Of a stretch of 64,000 nucleotides of DNA, positions 1 to 10,803 are shown piece by piece. Both the position numbers and the translations under genes were made by a program. The DNA is from an uncultured Chitinophagaceae bacterium (lineage in GTDB: Bacteria; Bacteroidota; Ignavibacteria; UBA10030; UBA8401). The number at the start of each line of letters is the position of its first letter. Within the stretch, counting starts at the first letter, position 1. The notes beneath the pieces were generated by a model. That model had not been told where the DNA came from. It ran no database searches and saw only the letters and a list, made by a program, of their open reading frames with translations. Where the stretch lies: contig CAYIXI010000006.1 in NCBI GenBank assembly GCA_964367235.1, forward strand, positions 1,269 through 65,268, written 5' to 3'.

Positions 1-75
1 AGGTCCGGAAGGAAGCAACGGCCAGTGATAGAGAGTGTGATACAGAAACGCTTGGCCACATTTATTTGTCTCCCG
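1..75 (+). ncRNA. ffs: SRP RNA (4.5S/ffs), 3' portion only; 5' part lies before the window start
   Basis: Window opens with AGGTCCGGAAGGAAGCAAC, matching the conserved SRP RNA domain IV motif (E. coli 4.5S AGGUCCGGAAGGAAGCAGC). It continues GGCCAGTGA.., similar to the E. coli continuation GGCAGAUGA. An internal GGCCA...TTGGCC stem is present. The 3' end is not determinable by eye. Confidence 0.5.
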
Positions 76-170
76 CATCAGTTTTTTGTAAATTGCATAA
101 GTTTTAAAAAGGAAATCGATAATTTTATCATAATTTATAATAGTTTTTCACAGAAAGTTTAAAAATCAAA

Positions 171-1745
171 ATGAAAAGAGATATTTTAATTAATGCTACC
201 GACAATGAAAGTCGAATAGCAATTACAGAAGATGGCAAGTTGGCAGAATTATATGTCGACAGGCCTGAAAAAGAACGAATAGTTGGAGATATTTATCTCG
301 GCAAAGTTAAAAAAGTTATGCCGGGAATTAAGGCTGCGTTTATTGATATTGGATTTCCGCAAGATGCATTTTTGCATTTTTCCGATATTTCAGATTCGAT
401 TGATTCGTATTCGGCGATGATTACCGACGAAACTGAAATTGATGACTCAGATGATGAAGAGAATACTTCGACAAAACAAAAAATTGCAGCAAAATCAAAT
501 CAGAAAAGACAGAACAAGCAGGTTAATTTAAAATCTGGACAAGATGTAATTGTTCAAATAACAAAAGAACCAGTCGCTAAAAAAGGTGTTCGAGTTACAA
601 CTGAGGTTTCGCTTCCGGGAAGATTTTTAGTTCTCTTGCCGTTTGATGAAAATATCGGAGTTTCGAAACGGATTCAAAATTTTAAAGAAAAGCGACGACT
701 CCGCAAACTTGTAAGATCAATTTTGCCAAGTGGATTTGGAGCAATAATTCGCACAAATGCAGAAGCTCAGGAAGAAAATTTATTGTTGAACGATTTAAAA
801 TCGTTGATTGACTCTTGGCGTGAAATTGAAAAAATTGTAAAAGAAGAAAAATCGCCAGCGCTACTTTATAAAGATGCAACAATCACATCAAGCGTGATGA
901 GAGATCTCTTTAGCGAGAATATAGATCAATTGATAGTTGACAATAAAAAAACTTTTCGTGAAATAAAAAATTATGTAAAACAAGTTGCGCCGACAATGTT
1001 GGAAAAAGTTGAACTTTATGTAAAGCGCGAACCGATGTTTGATCATTATGGCGTTGAAAAAGAAATTGCAAAATCGCTTGCGCGAAAAGTTTGGCTAAAA
1101 AATGGTGGTTACATAATTATCGAACATACCGAAGCAATGACTGTGATTGATGTTAATAGTGGACGATATGCCGCAAAACAAGAACAGGAATTAAATTCAC
1201 TAAAAATAAATTTGGAAGCGGCACGAGAAATTGCAAGACAAATTCGTCTGCGCGATGTTGGCGGAATTGTTGTAATAGATTTTATTGATATGTACGATGT
1301 TAAAAATCATAAAAAGATTTTTGATGAAATGAAAAAAGAATTTCATCGAGATAAAACTAAATCTATAATTTATCCTTTGACAGAATTGTGCATTATGCAA
1401 ATCACTCGGCAAAGAATTCGTCAAAGTATAATTCACAGTTTCGCAGAGCCATGCTCGGCTTGCGGTGGCGCAGGATTTATTCCATCGAAATCCACAATCG
1501 TTGGAATTATTGAAAGATGGCTACGACGATTTTGCTCAGAAAAAAAAGAATGGAAAGTAATTTTAAAAGTTCATCCGCACATTGCCGCATTTTTAAATGA
1601 AGGCACAATCAAAACAATCACGAAATTAAAGTGGAAATATTGGCTTTTTATCGAAATTGAAGAAGATGCAACTCTCGCAATTGATGAATTTAAAGTATAT
1701 TCCAAAAAACAAGAGCGTGAAATTACCGAAGAATTTGCGCAATAA
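171..1745 (+). CDS. rng: Ribonuclease E/G family endoribonuclease (RNase G-like, 524 aa) with acidic insert
   Basis: N-terminal S1 domain ([37 protein letters not shown]), DNase I-like catalytic core and C-terminal CSACGGAGF zinc-link. An AGGA-like RBS lies upstream. Confidence 0.85.
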   Translation: MKRDILINATDNESRIAITEDGKLAELYVDRPEKERIVGDIYLGKVKKVMPGIKAAFIDIGFPQDAFLHFSDISDSIDSYSAMITDETEIDDSDDEENTSTKQKIAAKSNQKRQNKQVNLKSGQDVIVQITKEPVAKKGVRVTTEVSLPGRFLVLLPFDENIGVSKRIQNFKEKRRLRKLVRSILPSGFGAIIRTNAEAQEENLLLNDLKSLIDSWREIEKIVKEEKSPALLYKDATITSSVMRDLFSENIDQLIVDNKKTFREIKNYVKQVAPTMLEKVELYVKREPMFDHYGVEKEIAKSLARKVWLKNGGYIIIEHTEAMTVIDVNSGRYAAKQEQELNSLKINLEAAREIARQIRLRDVGGIVVIDFIDMYDVKNHKKIFDEMKKEFHRDKTKSIIYPLTELCIMQITRQRIRQSIIHSFAEPCSACGGAGFIPSKSTIVGIIERWLRRFCSEKKEWKVILKVHPHIAAFLNEGTIKTITKLKWKYWLFIEIEEDATLAIDEFKVYSKKQEREITEEFAQ

Positions 1746-1756
1746 GGAAAAACTTT

Positions 1757-2398
1757 ATGAAATTTTTTATTGATTCAGCAAACATAAATGAAATTAAAGA
1801 AGCCAATTCACTCGGGCTACTTGATGGAGTAACTACAAATCCGAGTTTAGTTTCGAAAGAGGGAAAAGATTTTAATTCTCTTTTGAAAGAAATTTGTTCG
1901 ATTGTAAAAGGACCGGTTAGCGCAGAAGTGATTTCGACTGACTGCGATGGAATTTTAAAAGAAGCGCGCGAACTTGTAAAAATTGCTCCGAACATTGTTG
2001 TAAAAGTTCCACTAATTACCGAAGGACTTAAGGCTGTAAAAATTTTAAGTACAGAAGGAATTAAAACAAATGTTACTTTATGTTTTTCTGCAACACAAGC
2101 ATTGATGGCGGCAAAAGCTGGCGCAACTTATGTTAGTCCTTTCGTTGGAAGATTAGATGATATTTCTGAAAATGGAATGGAACTCATTCATCAAATTGTA
2201 ACTATTTACAATAATTACGGATATGAAACTGAAGTACTTGTTGCAAGTGTTCGAAGCCCGATGCATGTTGTTGAAGCCGCGATGATTGGCGCACATGTTT
2301 GCACAATTCCATTTAAAGTAATTGAACAATTAGCAAAACATCCTCTGACAGATATTGGATTGGAAAAATTTCTTTCCGATTGGAAAAAACAAAAATGA
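1757..2398 (+). CDS. tal: Transaldolase / fructose-6-phosphate aldolase family (short TalC/Fsa type, 213 aa)
   Basis: [16 protein letters not shown]...GVTTNPSL and VKVPLT motifs typical of the ~215 aa transaldolase subfamily. RBS AAGGAAAA lies upstream. Confidence 0.85.
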   Translation: MKFFIDSANINEIKEANSLGLLDGVTTNPSLVSKEGKDFNSLLKEICSIVKGPVSAEVISTDCDGILKEARELVKIAPNIVVKVPLITEGLKAVKILSTEGIKTNVTLCFSATQALMAAKAGATYVSPFVGRLDDISENGMELIHQIVTIYNNYGYETEVLVASVRSPMHVVEAAMIGAHVCTIPFKVIEQLAKHPLTDIGLEKFLSDWKKQK

Positions 2399-3477
2399 GG
2401 AAAACAGAATTTTACGAACTGCATAAAGAGTTCGGTGCAAAAATAATTCCTTTTGGTGGATTTGAAATGCCAGTTCAGTATAAAGGAATTATAGAAGAGC
2501 ATCGTGCAGTCAGAAATTCCGTTGGCGTGTTCGATGTTTCGCACATGGGTGAGTTTATTATTCGTGGCGAAAACGCAGAAAAATTTTTAAACACAATAAC
2601 CATAAATGATGTTTCAAAATTAACTCCGAACAAAATTCAATACTCAGCGCTTTGTTACAAAACTGGTGGAATTGTCGATGACCTGCTCGTTTATAAAATT
2701 GAAGAAAATCATTTTATGTTGGTTGTCAACGCATCAAACATTGAAAAAGATTTTTCGTGGATTGAATCAAACTTAATTGAAAAAGTTAAACTGACAAACG
2801 AAAGTGATACGATTTCGCTTTTAGCAATTCAAGGTCCAAACTCTCTAAAAACATTGCAAAAGCTAACCGAAATTGATTTATCAAGTATGGCGTATTACAC
2901 TTTTGCAACTGGCAAACTTACCGATGTTGAAATGTTGATTTCGAGAACTGGCTACACTGGCGAGATTGGTTTTGAATTATATTTTGATATTTCGAAATCG
3001 GAAAAAATTTGGCGCGCAGTTTTTGATGCTGGCGCAGAATTTAATATTCAGCCAATTGGACTTGGCGCGCGCGATACACTTCGTCTTGAAATGGGATTTT
3101 GTCTTTACGGAAATGATATTGACCAAACAACTTCGCCACTTGAAGCGGGACTTGGTTGGATTACAAAATTAAATAAAATGGATTTTATTGGAAAAGAATT
3201 TTTAGATAAACAAAATGAAATTGGAGTTGAGCGAAAACTTGTTGGATTAAAACTAAATGAGAAATCGGTTGCGCGACATGGTTATGAAATTTTTTCTGGC
3301 GAAGAAAAAATTGGAATAATAACAAGCGGAACATTTTCTCCTACTTTGGAAAATGGAATTGCGCTTGGTTATGTCGCGACTTCAAAATCACAAATTGATA
3401 CAAATTTAGAAATTGACATTCGTGGCAAAAAAGTTTCTGCCACAATTGTTTCACTTCCATTTTATAAAAAGGGATAA
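2395..3477 (+). CDS. gcvT: Glycine cleavage system T protein (aminomethyltransferase)
   Basis: [20 protein letters not shown] and folate-binding core. The track ORF begins at TTG 2380; ATG 2395 ([10 protein letters not shown]) overlaps the tal stop as ATGA. Confidence 0.85.
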   Translation: MRKTEFYELHKEFGAKIIPFGGFEMPVQYKGIIEEHRAVRNSVGVFDVSHMGEFIIRGENAEKFLNTITINDVSKLTPNKIQYSALCYKTGGIVDDLLVYKIEENHFMLVVNASNIEKDFSWIESNLIEKVKLTNESDTISLLAIQGPNSLKTLQKLTEIDLSSMAYYTFATGKLTDVEMLISRTGYTGEIGFELYFDISKSEKIWRAVFDAGAEFNIQPIGLGARDTLRLEMGFCLYGNDIDQTTSPLEAGLGWITKLNKMDFIGKEFLDKQNEIGVERKLVGLKLNEKSVARHGYEIFSGEEKIGIITSGTFSPTLENGIALGYVATSKSQIDTNLEIDIRGKKVSATIVSLPFYKKG

Positions 3478-3480
3478 TGT

Positions 3481-4206
3481 ATGAATATTGAAGTTTATTT
3501 TTCATCACAAAATGTTGACGAACTATCCTTGCGAGATAAAAATATATTAGTTGTAGATGTTTTACGGGCAAGCACTACTATCGCAACAGCTCTTGCAAAT
3601 GGAGCGAAAGAAATTATTCCAGTAGACACAATTGAAAAAGCTGTAAAGGTTTCTGGAAATCTTTATGGTGATGTTGTGCTTAGAGGTGGAGAGCGACAGG
3701 GAAAAATTATTGAGGGATTTAATCTTGGTAACTCGCCCAGCGAGTATACAGAAGAAATTGTAAAAGGTAAATCAATAATATATTCTTCAACCAATGGTGC
3801 GGGCGCAATCGTAAAAGCGCGTTATGCAAAAAATCTTTTAATTGGTGGATTTATAAATATTAGTTTAGTTGTAAATTTTATAAAGAATTTGAACGAAGAT
3901 TTTATTATTCTTTGTGCAAGTAAAAATTATTTATTTAGTCTTGAAGATGCAGTTTGCGTTGGAATGACTTTAGAAAAATTATGCGAAGAAAAAAATATTG
4001 TGTATAAATTAAACGATGGCGCAATCGCCTCGCAATCGCTTTATAAAACTTATAAACGAAATTTGCTAAAAATGGTAAAAACCGCAAACCATGGTAAATA
4101 CTTGATTGAAATTGGGATGGAAAACGATTTGCCTTTGTGCGTTGCAATTGATTCTGTCCCGGTTTTGCCAATGCAAATTAGCAACACAATTAAATTACAA
4201 AACTAA
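3481..4206 (+). CDS. comB: 2-phosphosulfolactate phosphatase family protein (ComB-like)
   Basis: 241 aa with VVDVLRASTTI and GGERQG motifs characteristic of the ComB family. Confidence 0.7.
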   Translation: MNIEVYFSSQNVDELSLRDKNILVVDVLRASTTIATALANGAKEIIPVDTIEKAVKVSGNLYGDVVLRGGERQGKIIEGFNLGNSPSEYTEEIVKGKSIIYSSTNGAGAIVKARYAKNLLIGGFINISLVVNFIKNLNEDFIILCASKNYLFSLEDAVCVGMTLEKLCEEKNIVYKLNDGAIASQSLYKTYKRNLLKMVKTANHGKYLIEIGMENDLPLCVAIDSVPVLPMQISNTIKLQN

Positions 4207-4215
4207 AATTTTGCG

Positions 4216-6612
4216 ATGAAAGAGGAAAACGAATTACAAGATAATATTGAAAGCGTAAAAACTCTTCGTAAGCCAAAAGAAAAAAAGCAACGAGGGCAAC
4301 TCTTTTCAATTTTTCTTACTCTCTTTGGGATTTTGATTCTGCTTTCAATTATTTCCTATTCTAAAAGTGATGCCGCAAATGGCGATGTCCGATTTACCGA
4401 CCTTTACAAAATATTTTTTGATGATCCAGTTTTAGCGCGAAAAGCAGAAGCCACAACTAATTGGCTTGGACTATTTGGAGCCATCGTAAGTAATTTTTTA
4501 ATCAATCAAACAATTGGTGTTTTTGTTGTTGGTATTCCGATTTTAATGATTGCGTGGGGATTTGTAATTTTACTAAAACGAGATATTAAAAAAATACTTT
4601 ACGCAACAAATTATTTTCTTGCCGGGCTTTTTCTTTTTGCAACATTATTTGGGCTGATAAGACTTTTTGGAGCAGATAATTTTATTTCATTTGAATTAAG
4701 TGGAGCGCTTGGCGCATTCATTGCTTTAAAATTGCAACAGTTAATTGGTTTTGCCGGAGGGTTTCTTTTACTTTTTGCTTTGATAATTGCTTTATTAGTT
4801 CTTTCAATCGATTTAGATTTACAAGTAACTACTGAAAAACTTTTAAATTTCTTTAAATCATTTTCAGTTTGGATTAAAAGTTTATTTTCAAAAAATAAAT
4901 CAACTGAAATAAAAGAAGTTGAAGTCAAAAGATTTGAAGAGCCAGAAATCAAAAAAGAAAAAGAGATAGAATTAAATCAAAACAAAGAAGAAGAAATTAT
5001 CGAAGAGGAAGTAGCCGAAGAAGAATCAATCGAAGAAAAAAATAGCGAAGAACTTGAGGTTGATATTCAATCAGCACAAACCGAAGAGGAAGAATCCGAT
5101 TGGGACGAACGCGAAGTTGAGGACGAAGAAATAGATTATGTTTTTCCATCGGTTGAGTTGCTCGACACTCGTCGTCAAAGTGAGGAAATCTCAAGCGAAG
5201 AATTAAAAGCCAACGCCGAACTTTTGCGCTCAAAGCTTGCAGATTTTGGAGTTGAAGTTGAAAAAGTCAGCGTAACTCCCGGACCAGTTGTAACTTTGTA
5301 CGAACTTGTTCCCGCGACCGGAGTGAAAATTTCTAAAATCACCAGTTTAGCCAATGATTTAGCACTCGCAATGCAGGCGCGAGGAATTAGAATTGAAGCG
5401 CCAATTCCCGGCAAAGGAACGGTTGGTGTTGAAATTCCAAACCACAATCCGCAAATAGTTACAATTCGTAGTTTAATAAATTCTACAAAATATAGAGAAG
5501 CCGATTTTGCGTTGCCGATTGCAATGGGCAAAACAATTTCTGGAGAGGTTTTGGTTGATGATTTAGCGCGAATGCCACATATTTTAATTGCTGGCTCAAC
5601 TGGTTCGGGAAAAAGTATTGGCATAAATACTTTAATCGTAAGTTTGATTTATAAACTTCATCCATCGGAATTAAAATTTTTGATGATTGATCCGAAAAAA
5701 ATCGAGATGACGCTTTTTAAAAATTTACAAAATCATTTTTTAGTTGGAATAAAAGATATTAATGAAAAAATAATTACAACACCACAAAATGCAGTTTTGG
5801 CTTTAAAATCGGTTGAGCTTGAAATGGAAATGCGATATGATAAACTTGCGGCGGCGGGAGTTAGAAATATTGCAGATTACAATTCTAAATTTAAAGATGG
5901 AAAATTAAAAGATACCGATATAATTCATCATAAATTTTTACCTTACATCGTAGTTATAATAGATGAACTTGCAGATTTAATGATTACTGCCGCGCGTGAA
6001 ATTGAAGAACCAATTGCACGGCTTGCACAACTTGCTCGCGCAGTCGGAATTCATTTAATTGTTGCAACACAACGACCAAGTGTTGATGTGATAACTGGAG
6101 TTATCAAAGCAAACTTTCCAGCAAGAATTGCGTATGCAGTTTCATCGAAAACAGATTCTCGTACAATTTTAGATATGAATGGCGCAGATCAATTACTTGG
6201 AAATGGCGACATGCTTTATTTACCGAGTGGAAGTTCAAAAGCAACTCGTGTGCAAAATTCATTTATCTCAACTGAAGAAGTTGAAGCGATTGTAAATCAT
6301 ATTGGAAAACAAAAAGGTTATTCTCGACCTTATGAACTTCCATCTGTTTTAGAAAAGAAGAGAAAAATTCAGACTGAAATAAATGACACACGCGATGATC
6401 TTTTTGAAGAAGCCGCAAGAGTAATTGTGCGACATCAACAAGGAAGTGTATCGCTACTTCAAAGAAGATTAAAAGTTGGTTACTCACGCGCTGCAAGAAT
6501 TGTTGACGAACTCGAAGCAGTTGGCATTGTCGGAACTTTTGATGGAAGCAAAGCGCGCGAAGTTTTAGTGGAAAGCGAAGCCGAACTAGAGCAAATTCTT
6601 CGCAGTTTATAA
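4216..6612 (+). CDS. ftsK: DNA translocase FtsK/SpoIIIE with N-terminal membrane domain, Glu-rich linker and C-terminal gamma winged helix
   Basis: Four N-terminal TM helices, an acidic EEEIIEEEVAEEESIEE linker, Walker A GSTGSGKS, Walker B VVIIDELADL and ATQRPSVDVITG. Confidence 0.95.
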   Translation: MKEENELQDNIESVKTLRKPKEKKQRGQLFSIFLTLFGILILLSIISYSKSDAANGDVRFTDLYKIFFDDPVLARKAEATTNWLGLFGAIVSNFLINQTIGVFVVGIPILMIAWGFVILLKRDIKKILYATNYFLAGLFLFATLFGLIRLFGADNFISFELSGALGAFIALKLQQLIGFAGGFLLLFALIIALLVLSIDLDLQVTTEKLLNFFKSFSVWIKSLFSKNKSTEIKEVEVKRFEEPEIKKEKEIELNQNKEEEIIEEEVAEEESIEEKNSEELEVDIQSAQTEEEESDWDEREVEDEEIDYVFPSVELLDTRRQSEEISSEELKANAELLRSKLADFGVEVEKVSVTPGPVVTLYELVPATGVKISKITSLANDLALAMQARGIRIEAPIPGKGTVGVEIPNHNPQIVTIRSLINSTKYREADFALPIAMGKTISGEVLVDDLARMPHILIAGSTGSGKSIGINTLIVSLIYKLHPSELKFLMIDPKKIEMTLFKNLQNHFLVGIKDINEKIITTPQNAVLALKSVELEMEMRYDKLAAAGVRNIADYNSKFKDGKLKDTDIIHHKFLPYIVVIIDELADLMITAAREIEEPIARLAQLARAVGIHLIVATQRPSVDVITGVIKANFPARIAYAVSSKTDSRTILDMNGADQLLGNGDMLYLPSGSSKATRVQNSFISTEEVEAIVNHIGKQKGYSRPYELPSVLEKKRKIQTEINDTRDDLFEEAARVIVRHQQGSVSLLQRRLKVGYSRAARIVDELEAVGIVGTFDGSKAREVLVESEAELEQILRSL

Positions 6613-6613
6613 T

Positions 6614-7633
6614 ATGACCTCAAAAATTCGCAATATTTCAAAGCTAATTTTAAGTTTTTCAATTTCCGTAGTTTTTGTTTACTTCGCATTTCGCAACATA
6701 AATATTTTGGAATTGCTTCAAACACTTTCATCGGTAAAATTTTATTGGGTAATTGTATTTTTTATTTGTGTATCTTTTGCTCATTTACTTAGAGCATGGC
6801 GATGGATTTATTTACTTGCGCCACTGAAAGAAAAAATTAGTTTGCGAAATTCTTTTGCCGCAGTGAATATTGGTTTTGCGTTTAATAATATTATTCCTCG
6901 CGGTGGAGAATTGGTAAGACCTTTCGCAATTAGCAAAACAGAAAAAATTTCCTCTACAAGCGCATTTTCAACTGTGGTGATTGAAAGATTACTCGATAGC
7001 ATAACATTTTTTATTTTAGTTTTAATTGCATTTGCTTTATCGCCAAGTGCATTTAAAGAACTCTTCCCAGTTTTAGAAAATTACACTACGCTCGTAACTT
7101 ATTTGATGATAGCTTTAACTTTAATTTTTATTTATTTGATAATTAAATTGGAAAAACTAATTTTGATTTTAAGAAAGATTTCAAATCTTTTATCCGAAAA
7201 AATATCAAACGCAATCAACAAGCAGATTGATTTACTTGCCAATGGAGCGCAAGTTACATGGGAATCGGACAATGCAAAGAAAATAATTATTATAAGTTTT
7301 TTAATTTGGGCATTTTATATTTTTGAAATGTTTATAATATTTTATGCATTTGAAAATTTCCCAAAAGAAAATATTGTAATTCAAACGGCAGTAATATTAC
7401 TTGTTGCCTCAAGTGTTGCTTATCTTTTACCAACGCCAAGTGGAATTGGTACTTATCATACTTTTATTCCATTTGTGTTAACTGGTCTTTACGGAGTTGA
7501 TCAAGTTACAGCATTAAGTTACGCGGTGTTCACTCACGGAATTGGATATTTTACTACAAGTATCTTCGGCGGTTATTATTTTTTGAAAGACAAAATCCAT
7601 TTAAAAGAAGTTTTACATCAACCAAAACAATAA
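6614..7633 (+). CDS. Flippase-like / lysylphosphatidylglycerol-synthase-TM-region family membrane protein (UPF0104)
   Basis: 339 aa polytopic membrane protein with the LRAWRW...NIIPRGGELVRP motif typical of PF03706. Start is 2 nt after the ftsK stop. Confidence 0.6.
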   Translation: MTSKIRNISKLILSFSISVVFVYFAFRNINILELLQTLSSVKFYWVIVFFICVSFAHLLRAWRWIYLLAPLKEKISLRNSFAAVNIGFAFNNIIPRGGELVRPFAISKTEKISSTSAFSTVVIERLLDSITFFILVLIAFALSPSAFKELFPVLENYTTLVTYLMIALTLIFIYLIIKLEKLILILRKISNLLSEKISNAINKQIDLLANGAQVTWESDNAKKIIIISFLIWAFYIFEMFIIFYAFENFPKENIVIQTAVILLVASSVAYLLPTPSGIGTYHTFIPFVLTGLYGVDQVTALSYAVFTHGIGYFTTSIFGGYYFLKDKIHLKEVLHQPKQ

Positions 7634-7641
7634 AGGAAAAA

Positions 7642-8229
7642 ATGAAAAAAATAATTTTAATATTCATCATACTTATTAACATCGGTTGCAATGCGCAACA
7701 AAAAAGAAAAATTCAACAGAAAGGATTTTCAGTGAAAGACTCATCAACAGTAATTATTGAAACATCACTCGGTTCAATCACAATTGAACTGAACGATACT
7801 GAAGCACCAAAGCATTCGGAAAATTTTCGCAAACTCATCAAGGAAAATTTTTACAACGGCACAAGTTTTCATCGAGTAATTCCCGGATTTATGATTCAAG
7901 GTGGCGATCCAAATTCAAAAACCGATGATAAATCTACGCACGGAATTGGCGGACCGGGTTACACAGTCGAAGCGGAAATCAGCGCATCGCACGATCGAGG
8001 CGTAATTGCAGCGGCGCGGCAGGGCGATCAGGTAAATCCTGAAAGGCGTTCGAGCGGAAGCCAGTTTTACATCACGGTTGCTGATGCAAAATTTTTAGAT
8101 GGGCAGTACACGGTTTTTGGAAAAGTTTTGGAAGGGATGGAGGTTGCTGATAAAATTGCGGCGGCAAAAAGAGATGGGCAAGATAATCCGAATGAGAAAA
8201 TTGAAATTATAAAAATGACAATAAAATAA
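7642..8229 (+). CDS. Secreted cyclophilin-type peptidyl-prolyl cis-trans isomerase
   Basis: Signal peptide followed by FHRVIPGFMIQGGD and QFYIT cyclophilin motifs. Confidence 0.9.
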   Translation: MKKIILIFIILINIGCNAQQKRKIQQKGFSVKDSSTVIIETSLGSITIELNDTEAPKHSENFRKLIKENFYNGTSFHRVIPGFMIQGGDPNSKTDDKSTHGIGGPGYTVEAEISASHDRGVIAAARQGDQVNPERRSSGSQFYITVADAKFLDGQYTVFGKVLEGMEVADKIAAAKRDGQDNPNEKIEIIKMTIK

Positions 8230-8230
8230 A

Positions 8231-9277
8231 ATGGCGAAACGGAGCGAACACTCGGTAAAACCGGATTCGATTTTAGAAGAAATTTCTAAAAAGAGATTTG
8301 TTCCGATTTATTTTCTTTCTGGCGAAGAGGATTGGTATTTTGATTTAATTATTGATGAAATTATAAACAACGCAGTTGATAAAAATACCAGATCGTTTAA
8401 TTTTGATTTTTTGTATGGCTCGGATATTACGCCAGAGAATTTATTTTCGCTTATTACAAGTTATCCGATGATGGCGACTAGGAGAGTTGTAATTGTAAAA
8501 GAATTTGAAAAGACAATTAAGAGTGAAACAAAAAATGAAATATTAGAGGGATACTTTAATCATCCACTTGAGTCGACACTTTTGGTTTTGAGTTCGAACA
8601 AAGTTGACGGAAGAAAAAAAATAATCCAAGCATTAAAAAATAATTCAGTTATAGTTGAATGCAATTTATTGTACGATAACGAAATTCCAGCGTGGATTCG
8701 TTCTCGAGTTAAACAAAAAGGAAAAACAATTTCTGAAGATGCAACACGACTTCTTCAAGCAAATGTTGGGAACAAACTTAGAGAATTGGATAATGCAATT
8801 GAAAAATTACTTTTAATAGTTTTAGATTTACCACAAATTGAAATGAAACATGTTGAATCGGTAATTGGTGTTACGAGAGAATTTTCGCCACACGAACTAA
8901 CAAACGCTTATGGAGAAAAACAATTATCGCGTGCATTCAGCATAACTAATTTTTTAATTAATCAGGGAACCTCCGCAGTTGAATTAATTGCCACAACAGC
9001 AATTCATTTTCAGAAATTATTAAAACTCTCGTCGCTGATTTCAGATGGCAAATCAAAAGATGATTTAGCGCGAGCAATCAGAGTTCATCCATATTTTTTA
9101 AATCAATACCAATCGCAATTAAAAAATTACACTCAGCGGGAAATTGAAAACGCACTTGTTGAACTTGCGCTTGCAGATGAAAAAACAAAATCAATTTCAA
9201 TTGCTGATGAAAAGCGGACTATGATTTTTCTTGCAACATCAATAATTCGCGGCACAAATAATTTTGTAAATCAATGA
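8231..9277 (+). CDS. holA: DNA polymerase III delta subunit
   Basis: PIYFLSGEE N-terminus, clamp-loader delta fold, ~340 aa size. Position next to membrane genes is common. Confidence 0.75.
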   Translation: MAKRSEHSVKPDSILEEISKKRFVPIYFLSGEEDWYFDLIIDEIINNAVDKNTRSFNFDFLYGSDITPENLFSLITSYPMMATRRVVIVKEFEKTIKSETKNEILEGYFNHPLESTLLVLSSNKVDGRKKIIQALKNNSVIVECNLLYDNEIPAWIRSRVKQKGKTISEDATRLLQANVGNKLRELDNAIEKLLLIVLDLPQIEMKHVESVIGVTREFSPHELTNAYGEKQLSRAFSITNFLINQGTSAVELIATTAIHFQKLLKLSSLISDGKSKDDLARAIRVHPYFLNQYQSQLKNYTQREIENALVELALADEKTKSISIADEKRTMIFLATSIIRGTNNFVNQ

Positions 9278-10761
9278 ACTCAATTTTAAAAATTGCAGAA
9301 ACGAACGAATGGATTGTTTTCGCAATATTTTTATCAATTCTTTTTTTATTGGTCGGAAGTGCAGAAGTCATCCGACTAAAACTTAAAAAATCGCCCGAAT
9401 TCTCAAGGAAATTTGTACACATCATTGTCGGTTTAATAATTTCAACCACGCCATATTTTTTTAAATCAGCAATTCCAGTTTTAGTAATGGCAACAATTTT
9501 TGTTTTGATAAATTATTTAACAACAAAATTAAATTTATTAAAAGGGATGCACGGCACGGAGCGAATAACTTATGGGACAACTTATTTTCCGTTAGCATTT
9601 TTTATTTTGGTTTTTTGGCTTTGGGATAGTGACCGATTTATAATTTCAATTTCGATGTTGGTACTTGCTTTGGCAGATGCGATTGCCGCAATAGTTGGAG
9701 GAAGAATTAAAAACCCAAAATATTATTCACTGACAAATGATAGAAAATCAGTTGAAGGTTCTCTTGCGATGTTTATTTCAACTGCAATGATAATTTATTT
9801 TGGATTGAAAATTTGGTATCCCGAGATGCAGGCTTTAACTTATTATTTTGTATCGCTAATTATATTTTGTTCGCTCTTTGCAACTTCGTGGGAAGCAATC
9901 TCATCTTTCGGATTGGATAATTTATTTATTCCATTATCGGTGGCATGGACAATACATAATTATATTTATGGCTCGGCAAATTATTTTATTGATGCAAACT
10001 TGCTTGGAATAATAATCGGATATTTTTCATTCAGATTAAAATTTTTAAATATGAGTGGCGCGGTTGCAATATATTTACTTGCAACAATTATTTATACAAT
10101 TGGTGGTTGGATGTGGACATTACCAATATTTTCCTTTTTTATTTTATCCAGCATTTTATCTAAAATTGGTAAACGCCAAAAATTAAAACTCGAAACAATT
10201 TATGAAAAATCTCACAAGAGAGATGCAATTCAAGTTTTAGCAAATGGAGGAGTTACAGGAGTAATTATTTTACTTTCATATTTTACTCCATCTTATTTGT
10301 GGTATTTATTATTTTTGGTTTCAATCGCAGTTGTAACCGCGGATACTTGGGGAACAGAAATTGGTGGATTGAGCAAAAAAAATCCAAGAATGATATTTAC
10401 TTTTAGAAAAGCTGAAAGAGGCACAAGCGGTGCAATTTCAATTATTGGAACTATTGGCGGAATAATTGGCGCTTTTACTATTTCGATAATTTCAAAATAT
10501 TTCATCGACTTAAATTGGGAAATAATTTTTATCATTACAATTTTTGGCGCAATTGGTTCTTTAATTGATAGCGCGATTGGAATGACTTTGCAAGCCCAGT
10601 ACAAATGTAATCTTTGCGGAAAATCTACCGAAAGAAAAATCCATTGCGACAATAAAGCCAACAAAATCAGTGGATTTAATTGGATAAATAATGATGTTGT
10701 AAATCTCCTTTCTGCAATTGCGACTGTTTTTCTTGCGTTTATATTTTTCACCAAATTTTAG
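9274..10761 (+). CDS. Fusion membrane protein: CTP-dependent polyprenol (dolichol/phytol)-kinase-like domain plus DUF92/TMEM19 (VTE6-like) domain
   Basis: N-terminal half has the CTP_transf_1 signature RKSVEGSLAMF (cf. KTWEG/KSxEG in CdsA, dolichol kinase and VTE5), but no CdsA HGG..D signature. The C-terminal half is polytopic with RDAIQVLANGG and TADTWGTEIG blocks reminiscent of DUF92. A CNLCGKS...HCD Cys cluster sits near the C-terminus. Confidence 0.6.
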   Translation: MNSILKIAETNEWIVFAIFLSILFLLVGSAEVIRLKLKKSPEFSRKFVHIIVGLIISTTPYFFKSAIPVLVMATIFVLINYLTTKLNLLKGMHGTERITYGTTYFPLAFFILVFWLWDSDRFIISISMLVLALADAIAAIVGGRIKNPKYYSLTNDRKSVEGSLAMFISTAMIIYFGLKIWYPEMQALTYYFVSLIIFCSLFATSWEAISSFGLDNLFIPLSVAWTIHNYIYGSANYFIDANLLGIIIGYFSFRLKFLNMSGAVAIYLLATIIYTIGGWMWTLPIFSFFILSSILSKIGKRQKLKLETIYEKSHKRDAIQVLANGGVTGVIILLSYFTPSYLWYLLFLVSIAVVTADTWGTEIGGLSKKNPRMIFTFRKAERGTSGAISIIGTIGGIIGAFTISIISKYFIDLNWEIIFIITIFGAIGSLIDSAIGMTLQAQYKCNLCGKSTERKIHCDNKANKISGFNWINNDVVNLLSAIATVFLAFIFFTKF

Positions 10762-10803
10762 CGTTCCTTTACTATCCTTTAAAAAATTATTATTTTATAA
10801 AAA

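Noticed and set aside
5175-5624. Antisense ORFs inside well-supported genes (for example 5175-5624 inside ftsK, 10293-10754, 16830-17282, 61210-61629 inside carB, 35822-36222 across the tandem repeat).
   Set aside because: They overlap strongly conserved genes on the opposite strand, have no RBS and low-complexity translations, and are typical AT-rich genome artefacts.
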